This document shows, piece after piece, positions 1 through 12,755 of a stretch of 64,000 nt of DNA. The DNA comes from Protoeuglena noctilucae (Eukaryota), in assembly GCA_958009085.1 (NCBI GenBank), contig OY253677.1:124001-188000 (forward strand), in the 5' to 3' direction. Each line of letters starts with the position of its first letter. The stretch's first letter is position 1. A program made the position numbers and the translations under genes. Under the pieces are notes generated by a model. That model saw only the letters and a program-made list of their open reading frames with translations, had not been told where the DNA came from and searched no databases.

Positions 1-1623
1 CGACTCGTCGTCGGTGCTGGACGGCAGGTCGTTCAAGACCCCGGCCAGCTCCAGCGCGTGGACCCTTTCGACCACCGTCACGCTGATCCCGTGCCCCCCT
101 CCCGACTTCCCTCGACCGAGCGACGCGGGCACCCTCACCGCTTGCTCGGTAGTCAGGTCCGAACGAGCCGACAGCGGGTTCTCGGCGGCTCTGTCCGTCA
201 CCGGGCTGTGGAGGCGCTCCAGGAGTGGCAGGTTGTGGCAAATGAGGTGCGTCTTGAGCGTCGCGAGGTTGGGGTCCGCGAATTCTGCGGGGGGGGCGGG
301 GCGGGGCGAGGGAGCCAGGGGGGGGGGGTGGGGCCCGCGGGTGCCGCAGAACACCGCGTGGCTACGTCCGCGCCCAGCGACACCTGCCCTACGCACCCAG
401 AATACAGTGGAGGAGGCAGAGGCTCGTGCGCATGTTCCGGCGCGTCGTCAGCCCCTCTTCCGACAGGCGCTCGGACGGGGGCGTCGTCACGCCAACCGCC
501 TTTTCCAAGGGGAGCACGCGCTCGTCCGACTGGAAGCAGGTGACCATCCCCGGCACTTGCTGTAGCTAAATGTTGCCGGCCTTGAAGCCCTTGTCCTCCA
601 TGAGCTTGGCCTCGACCACGTCTCGCGGCGCGTACTTGGCCAGGACTGGGCCAGTCCACGACACCAGCCGGTCGAGGGCGGTGTTCAGGCCCAAGCGGGT
701 GAAGTACACCGCTGCGCTCTGCGCGAGGTCCCAGACGACCCTCATCTCTTTGCTCAAGTAGTCCCCATCCGCGCCTTGGAAGACGAGATTGGAGTGCGTC
801 GTCGTGAACCATTACCAATCTTCGCACGTGTACGACGCACGATCGTCCAGGCATCGATAGGAGCCGCCGGCGACGGGGAAGGACGTGGTGGCTCTCTCGG
901 CTCTGCGGATCTTCTCAATGTCACACTTGCCGAGGACGGGGTGCTTCGTGGGGGACATAATTTGCCCCACGATGGTGCATATCAAGCCCTGCGGACATCG
1001 TGGTCACCAGGCAGGTCAGTCGCCCGCGGCAGGCTCGCGCACCCGGCTTCCATGTCCCGGGGTGTGGGCGGGCACGGGTGCGCCCCCCCGGCGTCCGCGG
1101 CCGCGGGCTGCTAGGCATGCGCCTTGCAGTAGAAGAGATGATATAGGGCCGGCCACGCGAGTGGCTGCTGGGGGCAGTAGTCCAGGATGAGCGTGGGGAA
1201 GCACGGCCCCTTGGCACCGGCGAGCCACCTGTTGTAGTCAGGGTGCTCAGCGGCCCTCTTGGCGCTCTCCCACACCTTGCGCTGAACGTCAGACCCCTTC
1301 CCTTGATCGAGCGCTGTTCTTTCATCGCAGAAGAGGCCATCATTGGCCAGAGACGCGAGGTGGGCGAGCGAGCGCTCCTCCAGGAACTCGTTGTCGATCT
1401 GGATCTCAAGATCTTGCGTGTGGGAGGGGGGTCCGTGGAGGCACTCTACGTGCCTTGCATCAGCCACGGCGTCTTGCGGGTTGTGGCGCCAGAAGAACAC
1501 CTGAGTGACAGATTTGGCATTCCCCAGGAAGCGCATGCCTGTGAGGGGCTCGCCGTCCAGGTAGGAGATGCCGCGGGGGTCACGCGAGGTGGTGCGGATT
1601 GCGTGCGCGTAGCCCGCCTGCAT
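1..1623 (-). mobile_element. Degenerate CACTA/EnSpm-like DNA transposase relic (runs off the window edge)
   Basis: Minus-strand translation across stops gives 'WPALYHLFY', 'GGSYRCLDDRASYTCEDW*WFTTTHSNLVF', 'YLSKEMRVVWDLAQSAAVYFTR' and, after an acceptor near 283, 'NLATLKTHLICHNLPLLERLHSPV'. These resemble the CACTA T-x-N-x-H...GP and 'T.xDW' motifs. In-frame TAA/TAG stops are present. No terminal inverted repeats were seen. Confidence 0.45.
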
Positions 1624-1751
1624 GGATGAGGCCGTAGGCGGGGAGCATGTCGGTGTTCACGGCCAGACCTGTGCGAGCTGTCGCCGGCGCTGGGGCAGAC
1701 GAGAGCGCTCATCCGCACCCGCACCTGCACCTGCGTGCGAGGCCCATCGCC

Positions 1752-2721
1752 ATGGCGCCCGTCGACCCTCCGTCCCTCCCCCGCGCGCGCCTGCCCTGCG
1801 CCCTCGCCCTCGCCCACGCCGGCCTCGTCCCCGTCGTCCCCGTGCATCACCATGCGAATGATCCTCTAGTCCTCCTCCACGTCGCACAGGGCCTTGCTTG
1901 ACACGGGCGCCCCAGTGGCCGCGCAGCTGGCGCGAGGGGGCCTGGACCTGTCTGGGCAGCGCGTGGTGCTCCTTACGGGCACGTCCCCGCTCAACTTCCT
2001 CGGCAACGCCCTTCTGAGGCTGGCACGCACGGGCATGCTGACGCGAGCCGTGTTCGTGTTCGAGTCAGAGGACGACTGCCGGCGGCTGGAGGGCGTGGCG
2101 CCCTGCTGGTGGCACGACGCGGCATCGTGGGGGAACACCTTCGCAGCCGGAGTGACGGGCGCCGTCGACCGCCACTGCGTCCTGGGCGCCAACCTCAACA
2201 CGGTGCTCTCCCGCCCCGTCAAGTGGTTCTGGGCCTGGCGGCTGATGCGGGAGGGCTTTGACGTCGTCCTCATGGACCCAGACGTGGCCCTGTTCCGCAA
2301 CCTGGTGGCCGACGACTACGGGCTCTGGCAGGCGAGCGCTGAACTGGTGCCGGACTGCGGTGCTGGAACGCCGTGCTGGACCAGGGAGCGAGCAGGGCCA
2401 GGCCCCGCTGCCTCACCTCGATCGCAGGACATGTGGGACGTGGCTGGGCTGTCCGACGCCCGCATGGACGGCGACAGCCTACTGCCGTTTCGGCCCCTGC
2501 CTCAGCACGGGGCTCGTCTTCCTCAAGGCCAGCCTGGGGGCGCTGGCCCTGGTCGAGGCGAGTGTCGGTACCATGCACAGCCACGGGGCATGCCCCGTCG
2601 CGGCCGTCATGCGGAGTTGCCTTGGCCGCTGGTTCGCGCAGGACGCGGTGGCGAGGCTTGAGATGGGGCAATGCTTGGAGTGGGAGCAAGAGCTCTTCAA
2701 CGACGTCGCCCGCCACGACCG
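1752..2721 (+). pseudogene. Nucleotide-diphospho-sugar transferase (GT77/PF03407-like) pseudogene, 3'-truncated
   Basis: Motifs 'VKWFWAWRLMREGFDVVLMDPDVALFRN' (DxD), 'CLSTGLVFLKAS' and 'EWEQELFNDV'. There is a GC-AG intron at 2332-2427 and a frameshift near 2470. An LTR starts 26 nt into the intron that opens at 2722. Confidence 0.7.
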
Positions 2722-2747
2722 GTGAGGTACTGCTTACGCACACCCAG

Positions 2748-2916
2748 TGTTGGGGATTGACCCCTGCGTTAGCGGATCAGGGTACTCCCTGCGGCAGCAA
2801 GGGTGATAGAGCGCAGAAGGCGCTAGGCATCAAAGAGTCGTCATAGAGCCGCTAGAACTGTGGCAGCCTGGCACACCGGCCTTGAAGCTCCATTAGAGAA
2901 CCCCTAGAACCCATCA
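2748..2916 (+). repeat. 5' LTR (169 bp) of Ty3/Gypsy element, followed by a putative PBS
   Basis: Starts TGTTGGG and ends CCCATCA (TG...CA, 6/7 terminal inverted match). TGGTGC at 2918 is PBS-like and lies directly upstream of gag remnants. Confidence 0.7.
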
Positions 2917-5390
2917 CTGGTGCTTCGGCCGGCCCATAGGGATCCGGATGGCTCCAGCTGTCTTTTGCCGCGGATAGCGGGCGTCAACCCGCTGCTTTTC
3001 CGCCGCAGACCTTCACGATCGCACATCTTCTTTGGGAGCGTGTCGCGCATGGCTCAGCACGGCAAGCCCATGGAGCTGGGCGCCATTTCCCTGCTTGATT
3101 TGGCGCGGTGGATGGACCGCATAGAAACGCCTCTCCTATTCCTATTTGTTCGTTCCCCATGCATGGGGGGGGAGCGGAGGGCGCATGCCCCGACAGAGTG
3201 CGCTGATGTATCCGGGCGCGGCCTAGAGGGGTGCGACCCAGGGCGCGGCCCAGAGCACGGTTCCGATGGGCGTGGCTCAAATGGGCGCGGCCAGGCAGGT
3301 GTGGCGCAGTCAGACGCTAGCGGTGCGGCCGTAGCGTGCCGGACGTGCGGCCAGCCTGGCCACAAGGCATCTCAGTGCCTATGTTCCCCCCTATGCGTGA
3401 GGCCGCGAGCGGCTGCGCCCACGCTCGCGGGATCGGGAGCGGCTGTGCTAGCACAGTGCGAGGTCGGTCGTGTCCGAGCCTCGGCTGTGGCTGAGCCAGC
3501 GCCCCATGTTGCCCCCCGGCACGAGATGTCGTGTGCGGAGGGGGGCTGGCCGTTTTGACCCTGCAGCAGGAGCTGCTGCAGGCAGTGGTGGAGCAGCGCG
3601 GCGCCTTTGAGGGCTGGCGCTCCTTGTGGGTATGCGTGGAGCCCTGGAGGGCTCCACGGCTCACCAGCTGTTCCAGGCGGGCAAGCAAGCAAGGCTTGGC
3701 TCGTCGCCGCCGCAGAGAGGAGGCCCCGAGCTCTGCCACCTCGGCGGGGAGGCGCGGTCGGAAACGGCCGTCGCGTTCGTAGCTGAGGTCGGAGGCGTCG
3801 GCTGCCTCGCCCTGGTAGACTCGGGTGCGAGTCATTCGTTTGTTGCACGCACATGGGTTGAGCGGGCCCTTGCAAAGGCTGCTACCCTGTCGGTGAGGTC
3901 TTCGCACCACGTGACGGTGCTGGCTGATGGGTCGCAGTGCAGCGGCACTCGACGCTTTAAAGCAGAGATCTGTATCGATACGCTGCGTTTGCCGGTGAGC
4001 CTAGTTGGAAACACTGCTGACGTGCTATGATGTCGGTCCGGGAGCGACGCTCCCAGACTTGCAGTCCATGGTGGATGCCACGATCGGCGTCAGACAGCGG
4101 TCGGTGCTTGCCCAGTAGGGCGGAGTAGTGCACAATTTGGTCGTTCAAGGCCAGGTCGCGAGCGAGTCGGACCTGGCAGAGGATGGAGTCATCCCTGCAA
4201 TATCGGTCAGCTGGCTGTTGAGCCTGACGGGGGTGCTGCTGTAGACCCGGATGACGCGGATGATGACAGGGATCTGCGCGAGATGATGCTGCGAGAGTTT
4301 CCCGGCGTGTGGGAGGCGCCCACCCGTCTTCCGCCTGTGCGTGAGATGCGCCACCACATTCGCGCTGCTGAGGGCGCGAGGCCGGTGGCCACGAGGCCAT
4401 ACCCGCGATCCGAGAGTCCGTGGCAAGAGATCGAGCGACAGATCGGGGACCTGGTCGACAAGGGCTATGTACAGCCCTCACGGAGCCCGTGGTCGGCCCC
4501 CTTGCTCGTGGTGGGCAACAAGGATGGGAGCGCCAGGGTCTGTGTCGATTACCGAGGCCTGAACAAGGTCACTGAGAAGGACACGTATCCGATGCCGCTG
4601 GTGGATGAGCTGATGGACCAGCTGGGAAGTTGTCGGTACTTCACGACCCTGGACTTGGCGTCGGGGTTCCACCAGGTTGAGGTGGCGCCCGAGGATCGGG
4701 CAAAAACTGCCTTTTCGACCAGGTCGGGTCACTTTGAGTGGTTGGTGATGCCATTTGGGCTCTGCAGAGCGCCAGTGACATCCCAATGTTTGATAGACCA
4801 CGCGCTGAGGCCTGTCCTGAGAGCGTGTGCTGTGGTTTACGCGAATGATATTCTCGTGTACTTCCGCAGTAAGGCTGAGCACGAAAGAGATGTGAGGTCC
4901 GTGCTGCAGCTCTTTGCTGCCAACGGGTTGCACTGCAAGCTCAAGAAGTGTGCGTTTGGCAGGAGCTTAGTGTAGTTCCTTGTACCGTGTGACGACAGAC
5001 GGCGTGAGGCCCGTTGCGTCTAAAGTCCAGGCCTTTGTGTCGTGGTTGGCGCCTAGGAGTGTTGACAGAGATGCGAGCGTTCCTCGGCCTTGTCGGATTC
5101 TTGCGCAAGTACGTGCAAGGGCTCTCAGACTTGGCGCAACCCCTCACTGAGCTTTTTGAGAGAGGAGAAGCAGTGGAGCTGGGGGGCAGTGGAGCAAAAG
5201 GCGTCTGAGGCGCTGAAGATGGCAATCACATCCGCTCCTGTACAGGTCCTGCCAGACCCCACGCTGCCCTATATCGTGTCGACGGATGCCAGTATGATGG
5301 GCATCGAAGCCATGCAGGCTCAGCAGTACCCGGAGGGGTTGCGGCCTGTGGCGTTTTTGTTGCACAAGTTGATGCCGCATGAGGCAAGGC
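2748..5390 (+). mobile_element. Degenerate, 3'-truncated Ty3/Gypsy LTR retrotransposon
   Basis: Gag zinc knuckle CRTCGQPGHKASQC, protease ALVDSGASHSFV, RT (SPWSAP, VDYRGLNK, LDLASGFHQV, MPFGL, mutated YANDILVY) and RNase H start (TDASMMGI, RPVAF), in PR-RT-RH order. Contains frameshifts and stops. No integrase or 3' LTR. Confidence 0.92.
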
Positions 5391-7692
5391 GTGCCGCCAG
5401 GATACTAGCAGGATGTGCCACCACGTCGAGGTAGGCCAGGCAACATCACCTGTCGACTACGGCAATGCAATCGCATTGCCGTGGAAGCGTGAAATCGTGG
5501 AAGCGTCAACCACGAGCCAACACAGGCAACATCACCTGACGCGTTTGACAGGAGCGACAGCATTGCGTGAGCATGAGACCTTACCTCCCGCAGGCTTGAC
5601 GCAGGGCCTGCGCTTCACGTGGCCGCCATTGCCAGGGTATGCTGCGAGCCCGGCCAGCCACACCAGGGGCTGCGATGCGGTGCAAGATAGCAGCGAGTTC
5701 CGGAGGAATCCAGCGCAAAGCATTTACACCAAGTAATTGACATCCGTTCCGCGACAAGAGCACCCATCGCGATGTCGGCAGGCACCGCTATGGAGGGGTA
5801 AATGTGAAAGCCAAAGCACCGCTGCGATGGGGAGGGTCGTGAGTTGGTCAATGTGAGTGTCACACGCCTCTCCCCCTCCCCTGGTAAAGGCGAGGCCAGT
5901 CTCTCGTTCAGTCCCTCACCTGGCGAAGGCGAGTCGATGTCCAACTCGGTGAGGTTCCCTGGGGACGCCAGCAGGTACCGCAGCCCGATCCTCTCACACG
6001 ACAGCTGCCCCAGCGCGTGTGGATGCATGAGCGCGGGAACGCGGGAACGCGAAACTGCAGGAACGCGGTGGATGAATGCAGACAGGACCGGTGCTAAGTG
6101 CATCGGACCAGGTTTGGCCGGGTGGCCATTGCAGTCCGGGCGGTCGTGTACGCTGGAGGTCGGCAGGGCGGAACGAAATCGACGATTTCCGGCACACGCG
6201 GAACACCGAGCCATCGGCCCCCAGCCCTATGTCCCGGTCCCTGAGGCAGGGTCGTCGCGCGAGCCGATGCGCACCTCGAGGTCGGTCGGTGAGGCATGTT
6301 GATCCGTGTCCTGGCCATGTCGTCAGCCAGGCGCCGCCGGGCGCGCACATGCTGGTGTTTTACCCCGGTGCTCCCTCCTCAGGCGCGCCCAATCTCCCAC
6401 CAGTGAGTGTCCCTAGCTCGCTGGGGCCAACGCAGTTTAGCTCGGCGGCCATCTACTTCTCCCTCTCTTTCTCCTTCTTGCCCCTCTGGACTGGCTGGCC
6501 CTGTTCAGCCCCGAATCCCCCGGGGATGAGTCTGGCAAGTAGGTTGATGTCACAGAGTTTTCTGCCAGTAGGGTTACCCGTCCTACCCATCTGTTCTTTG
6601 ATCCTCGTTGGCAAAAGGACAGGCGACATACACGACATTGAAGCAACGTGGAGTGGACGACGCTTCTGCGACTCTCGACAAGATGGCGGTGCCACAGCAG
6701 CTCGTCGCGGTGCGGAATCTTTGCACGGCTTGCAAGAATGAAGACCGAAGCTGGCACGGGATGCATGGAAGCAACACTGCTCGGTCTGCATGCAGACCCG
6801 CGCTGCCGCTCAGCAGCTCGTCGAGACGTCCAACGCTTTCCAGGCGTTCATGGCGACACTTGTTGCTGCCATGGAGGCCGGACAGAACCCGACGCAGGCT
6901 CTGGGAGTCTCGGCGGAGGCGGACGTGAGGACCGATATTAAAGAACGCGCCCGGGAGCTCGTGCGCATGGCTGAGCAGATCCTCCACCTCGCGGGCATGA
7001 TCGGGTAAGTGAGAGCTTGTGGACGCGAGATCGGCGGAGCTTGCGCGCCAATCCGCCCGGGAGCCCTTCCTGCATGCACACAGACAAAGCACACAATTTT
7101 ACCGCGTTGTCGCAGGCATTCAGGTGGACCGCCCCGTCTTCGGTCGCTGCCCGCTCCTCTGCCACGAGGAGCGTCGCCAGCCGCGGCAAAGACTTTCGCG
7201 ATTTGAAGCTTGTGGCAAATTAGTGCATCACGCCGGTGTGTCGAAATCGAGCCAAACTGGACGCTTCCGCCGTCTGCGAGCAAGCTGCACCTGCCAATAA
7301 GCCGACGTGGCGCCGGCATCCGGGGCGTGGGATGCACATGGCGGCGCTGACCCGCGGTGCAGTGGCGTGTTCGGTGGAGTGCCCGGGAGGTACCGGCCAG
7401 AGTCGCTCTCAGCGCTAGTGTCAGTCGCAAGTATCGGCGAGGGGTCGCTCTCCCGGACCTGCGCACGCACCGGCGCAGAACTGCATGTGCATGAGTGATG
7501 CCGAGCCGCACCACGGTTTGTCAGCAGCGCGATCAATGATGCGGCGAGCATCCCAGTTTCAGCCAGGTCCACGAGTCCTCGTCGAAATAAGCGTCAAAGG
7601 GTTGAAAGCGGTGGCGGAGACATTAAGATCTTGCAGCGATGGACGGCCCATGCATGCATCGCAGATTTGTGCACCCTTCTTCGCCGCTCAAG

Positions 7693-7892
7693 NNNNNNNN
7701 NNNNNNNNNNNNNNNNNNNNNNNNNNNNNNNNNNNNNNNNNNNNNNNNNNNNNNNNNNNNNNNNNNNNNNNNNNNNNNNNNNNNNNNNNNNNNNNNNNNN
7801 NNNNNNNNNNNNNNNNNNNNNNNNNNNNNNNNNNNNNNNNNNNNNNNNNNNNNNNNNNNNNNNNNNNNNNNNNNNNNNNNNNNNNNNNNNNN
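7693..7892. other. Assembly gap (200 N)
   Basis: Run of exactly 200 N, typical of a scaffolding join of unknown size. Confidence 0.99.
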
Positions 7893-10086
7893 TTCGACGA
7901 GACTCGTGGACCTGGCTGAAACTGGGATGCTCGCCGCATCATTGATCGCGCTGCTGACAACCGTGGTGCGGCTCGGCATCACTCATGCACATGCAGTTCT
8001 GCGCCGGTGCGTGCGCAGGTCCGGGAGAGCGACCCCTCGCCGATACTTGCGACTGACACTAGCGCTGAGAGCGACTCTGGCCGGTACCTCCCGGGCACTC
8101 CACCGAACACGCCACTGCACCGCGGGTCAGCGCCGCCATGTGCATCCCACGCCCCGGATGCCGGCGCCACGTCGGCTTATTGGCAGGTGCAGCTTGCTCG
8201 CAGACGGCGGAAGCGTCCAGTTTGGCTCGATTTCGACACACCGGCGTGATGCACTAATTTGCCACAAGCTTCAAATCGCGAAAGTCTCTGCCGCGGCTGG
8301 CGACGCTCCTCGTGGCAGAGGAGCGGGCAGCGACCGAAGACGGGGCGGTCCACCTGAATGCCTGCGACAACGCGGTAAAATTGTGTGCTTTGTCTGTGTG
8401 CATGCAGGAAGGGCTCCCGGGCGGATTGGCGCGCAAGCTCCGCCGATCTCGCGTCCACAAGCTCTCACTTACCCGATCATGCCCGCGAGGTGGAGGATCT
8501 GCTCAGCCATGCGCACGAGCTCCCGGGCGCGTTCTTTAATATCGGTCCTCACGTCCGCCTCCGCCGAGACTCCCAGAGCCTGCGTCGGGTTCTGTCCGGC
8601 CTCCATGGCAGCAACAAGTGTCGCCATGAACGCCTGGAAAGCGTTGGACGTCTCGACGAGCTGCTGAGCGGCAGCGCGGGTCTGCATGCAGACCGAGCAG
8701 TGTTGCTTCCATGCATCCCGTGCCAGCTTCGGTCTTCATTCTTGCAAGCCGTGCAAAGATTCCGCACCGCGACGAGCTGCTGTGGCACCGCCATCTTGTC
8801 GAGAGTCGCAGAAGCGTCGTCCACTCCACGTTGCTTCAATGTCGTGTATGTCGCCTGTCCTTTTGCCAACGAGGATCAAAGAACAGATGGGTAGGACGGG
8901 TAACCCTACTGGCAGAAAACTCTGTGACATCAACCTACTTGCCAGACTCATCCCCGGGGGATTCGGGGCTGAACAGGGCCAGCCAGTCCAGAGGGGCAAG
9001 AAGGAGAAAGAGAGGGAGAAGTAGATGGCCGCCGAGCTAAACTGCGTTGGCCCCAGCGAGCTAGGGACACTCACTGGTGGGAGATTGGGCGCGCCTGAGG
9101 AGGGAGCACCGGGGTAAAACACCAGCATGTGCGCGCCCGGCGGCGCCTGGCTGACGACATGGCCAGGACACGGATCAACATGCCTCACCGACCGACCTCG
9201 AGGTGCGCATCGGCTCGCGCGACGACCCTGCCTCAGGGACCGGGACATAGGGCTGGGGGCCGATGGCTCGGTGTTCCGCGTGTGCCGGAAATCGTCGATT
9301 TCGTTCCGCCCTGCCGACCTCCAGCGTACACGACCGCCCGGACTGCAATGGCCACCCGGCCAAACCTGGTCCGATGCACTTAGCACCGGTCCTGTCTGCA
9401 TTCATCCACCGCGTTCCTGCAGTTTCGCGTTCCCGCGTTCCCGCGCTCATGCATCCACACGCGCTGGGGCAGCTGTCGTGTGAGAGGATCGGGCTGCGGT
9501 ACCTGCTGGCGTCCCCAGGGAACCTCACCGAGTTGGACATCGACTCGCCTTCGCCAGGTGAGGGACTGAACGAGAGACTGGCCTCGCCTTTACCAGGGGA
9601 GGGGGAGAGGCGTGTGACACTCACATTGACCAACTCACGACCCTCCCCATCGCAGCGGTGCTTTGGCTTTCACATTTACCCCTCCATAGCGGTGCCTGCC
9701 GACATCGCGATGGGTGCTCTTGTCGCGGAACGGATGTCAATTACTTGGTGTAAATGCTTTGCGCTGGATTCCTCCGGAACTCGCTGCTATCTTGCACCGC
9801 ATCGCAGCCCCTGGTGTGGCTGGCCGGGCTCGCAGCATACCCTGGCAATGGCGGCCACGTGAAGCGCAGGCCCTGCGTCAAGCCTGCGGGAGGTAAGGTC
9901 TCATGCTCACGCAATGCTGTCGCTCCTGTCAAACGCGTCAGGTGATGTTGCCTGTGTTGGCTCGTGGTTGACGCTTCCACGATTTCACGCTTCCACGGCA
10001 ATGCGATTGCATTGCCGTAGTCGACAGGTGATGTTGCCTGGCCTACCTCGACGTGGTGGCACATCCTGCTAGTATCCTGGCGGCAC

Positions 10087-12729
10087 GCCTTGCCTCATGC
10101 GGCATCAACTTGTGCAACAAAAACGCCACAGGCCGCAACCCCTCCGGGTACTGCTGAGCCTGCATGGCTTCGATGCCCATCATACTGGCATCCGTCGACA
10201 CGATATAGGGCAGCGTGGGGTCTGGCAGGACCTGTACAGGAGCGGATGTGATTGCCATCTTCAGCGCCTCAGACGCCTTTTGCTCCACTGCCCCCCAGCT
10301 CCACTGCTTCTCCTCTCTCAAAAAGCTCAGTGAGGGGTTGCGCCAAGTCTGAGAGCCCTTGCACGTACTTGCGCAAGAATCCGACAAGGCCGAGGAACGC
10401 TCGCATCTCTGTCAACACTCCTAGGCGCCAACCACGACACAAAGGCCTGGACTTTAGACGCAACGGGCCTCACGCCGTCTGTCGTCACACGGTACAAGGA
10501 ACTACACTAAGCTCCTGCCAAACGCACACTTCTTGAGCTTGCAGTGCAACCCGTTGGCAGCAAAGAGCTGCAGCACGGACCTCACATCTCTTTCGTGCTC
10601 AGCCTTACTGCGGAAGTACACGAGAATATCATTCGCGTAAACCACAGCACACGCTCTCAGGACAGGCCTCAGCGCGTGGTCTATCAAACATTGGGATGTC
10701 ACTGGCGCTCTGCAGAGCCCAAATGGCATCACCAACCACTCAAAGTGACCCGACCTGGTCGAAAAGGCAGTTTTTGCCCGATCCTCGGGCGCCACCTCAA
10801 CCTGGTGGAACCCCGACGCCAAGTCCAGGGTCGTGAAGTACCGACAACTTCCCAGCTGGTCCATCAGCTCATCCACCAGCGGCATCGGATACGTGTCCTT
10901 CTCAGTGACCTTGTTCAGGCCTCGGTAATCGACACAGACCCTGGCGCTCCCATCCTTGTTGCCCACCACGAGCAAGGGGGCCGACCACGGGCTCCGTGAG
11001 GGCTGTACATAGCCCTTGTCGACCAGGTCCCCGATCTGTCGCTCGATCTCTTGCCACGGACTCTCGGATCGCGGGTATGGCCTCGTGGCCACCGGCCTCG
11101 CGCCCTCAGCAGCGCGAATGTGGTGGCGCATCTCACGCACAGGCGGAAGACGGGTGGGCGCCTCCCACACGCCGGGAAACTCTCGCAGCATCATCTCGCG
11201 CAGATCCCTGTCATCATCCGCGTCATCCGGGTCTACAGCAGCACCCCCGTCAGGCTCAACAGCCAGCTGACCGATATTGCAGGGATGACTCCATCCTCTG
11301 CCAGGTCCGACTCGCTCGCGACCTGGCCTTGAACGACCAAATTGTGCACTACTCCGCCCTACTGGGCAAGCACCGACCGCTGTCTGACGCCGATCGTGGC
11401 ATCCACCATGGACTGCAAGTCTGGGAGCGTCGCTCCCGGACCGACATCATAGCACGTCAGCAGTGTTTCCAACTAGGCTCACCGGCAAACGCAGCGTATC
11501 GATACAGATCTCTGCTTTAAAGCGTCGAGTGCCGCTGCACTGCGACCCATCAGCCAGCACCGTCACGTGGTGCGAAGACCTCACCGACAGGGTAGCAGCC
11601 TTTGCAAGGGCCCGCTCAACCCATGTGCGTGCAACAAACGAATGACTCGCACCCGAGTCTACCAGGGCGAGGCAGCCGACGCCTCCGACCTCAGCTACGA
11701 ACGCGACGGCCGTTTCCGACCGCGCCTCCCCGCCGAGGTGGCAGAGCTCGGGGCCTCCTCTCTGCGGCGGCGACGAGCCAAGCCTTGCTTGCTTGCCCGC
11801 CTGGAACAGCTGGTGAGCCGTGGAGCCCTCCAGGGCTCCACGCATACCCACAAGGAGCGCCAGCCCTCAAAGGCGCCGCGCTGCTCCACCACTGCCTGCA
11901 GCAGCTCCTGCTGCAGGGTCAAAACGGCCAGCCCCCCTCCGCACACGACATCTCGTGCCGGGGGGCAACATGGGGCGCTGGCTCAGCCACAGCCGAGGCT
12001 CGGACACGACCGACCTCGCACTGTGCTAGCACAGCCGCTCCCGATCCCGCGAGCGTGGGCGCAGCCGCTCGCGGCCTCACGCATAGGGGGGAACATAGGC
12101 ACTGAGATGCCTTGTGGCCAGGCTGGCCGCACGTCCGGCACGCTACGGCCGCACCGCTAGCGTCTGACTGCGCCACACCTGCCTGGCCGCGCCCATTTGA
12201 GCCACGCCCATCGGAACCGTGCTCTGGGCCGCGCCCTGGGTCGCACCCCTCTAGGCCGCGCCCGGATACATCAGCGCACTCTGTCGGGGCATGCGCCCTC
12301 CGCTCCCCCCCCATGCATGGGGAACGAACAAATAGGAATAGGAGAGGCGTTTCTATGCGGTCCATCCACCGCGCCAAATCAAGCAGGGAAATGGCGCCCA
12401 GCTCCATGGGCTTGCCGTGCTGAGCCATGCGCGACACGCTCCCAAAGAAGATGTGCGATCGTGAAGGTCTGCGGCGGAAAAGCAGCGGGTTGACGCCCGC
12501 TATCCGCGGCAAAAGACAGCTGGAGCCATCCGGATCCCTATGGGCCGGCCGAAGCACCAGTGATGGGTTCTAGGGGTTCTCTAATGGAGCTTCAAGGCCG
12601 GTGTGCCAGGCTGCCACAGTTCTAGCGGCTCTATGACGACTCTTTGATGCCTAGCGCCTTCTGCGCTCTATCACCCTTGCTGCCGCAGGGAGTACCCTGA
12701 TCCGCTAACGCAGGGGTCAATCCCCAACA
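10087..12729 (-). mobile_element. Mirror copy of the degenerate Ty3/Gypsy element (LTR 12561-12729)
   Basis: Identical ORFs on the minus strand, e.g. RT ORF 10502..11194. Confidence 0.9.
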
Positions 12730-12755
12730 CTGGGTGTGCGTAAGCAGTACCTCAC

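Larger units (their letters stand above)
1882..7586. repeat. Left arm of 5.7-kb near-perfect inverted duplication
   Basis: Reverse complement of 7893-13595. ORF coordinates mirror with sum 15477. Only about 3 differences were noticed (positions ~1953, ~7189 and a 1-nt indel at ~7577). Confidence 0.97.

Noticed and set aside
5400..7690. Possible gene fragments (5615..6214-, 6790..7008+)
   Set aside because: No recognisable motifs, and no consistent exon chain could be built. They may be decayed TE or gene debris.
7485..8667. ORFs spanning the N run
   Set aside because: Artefacts of translating through the gap.
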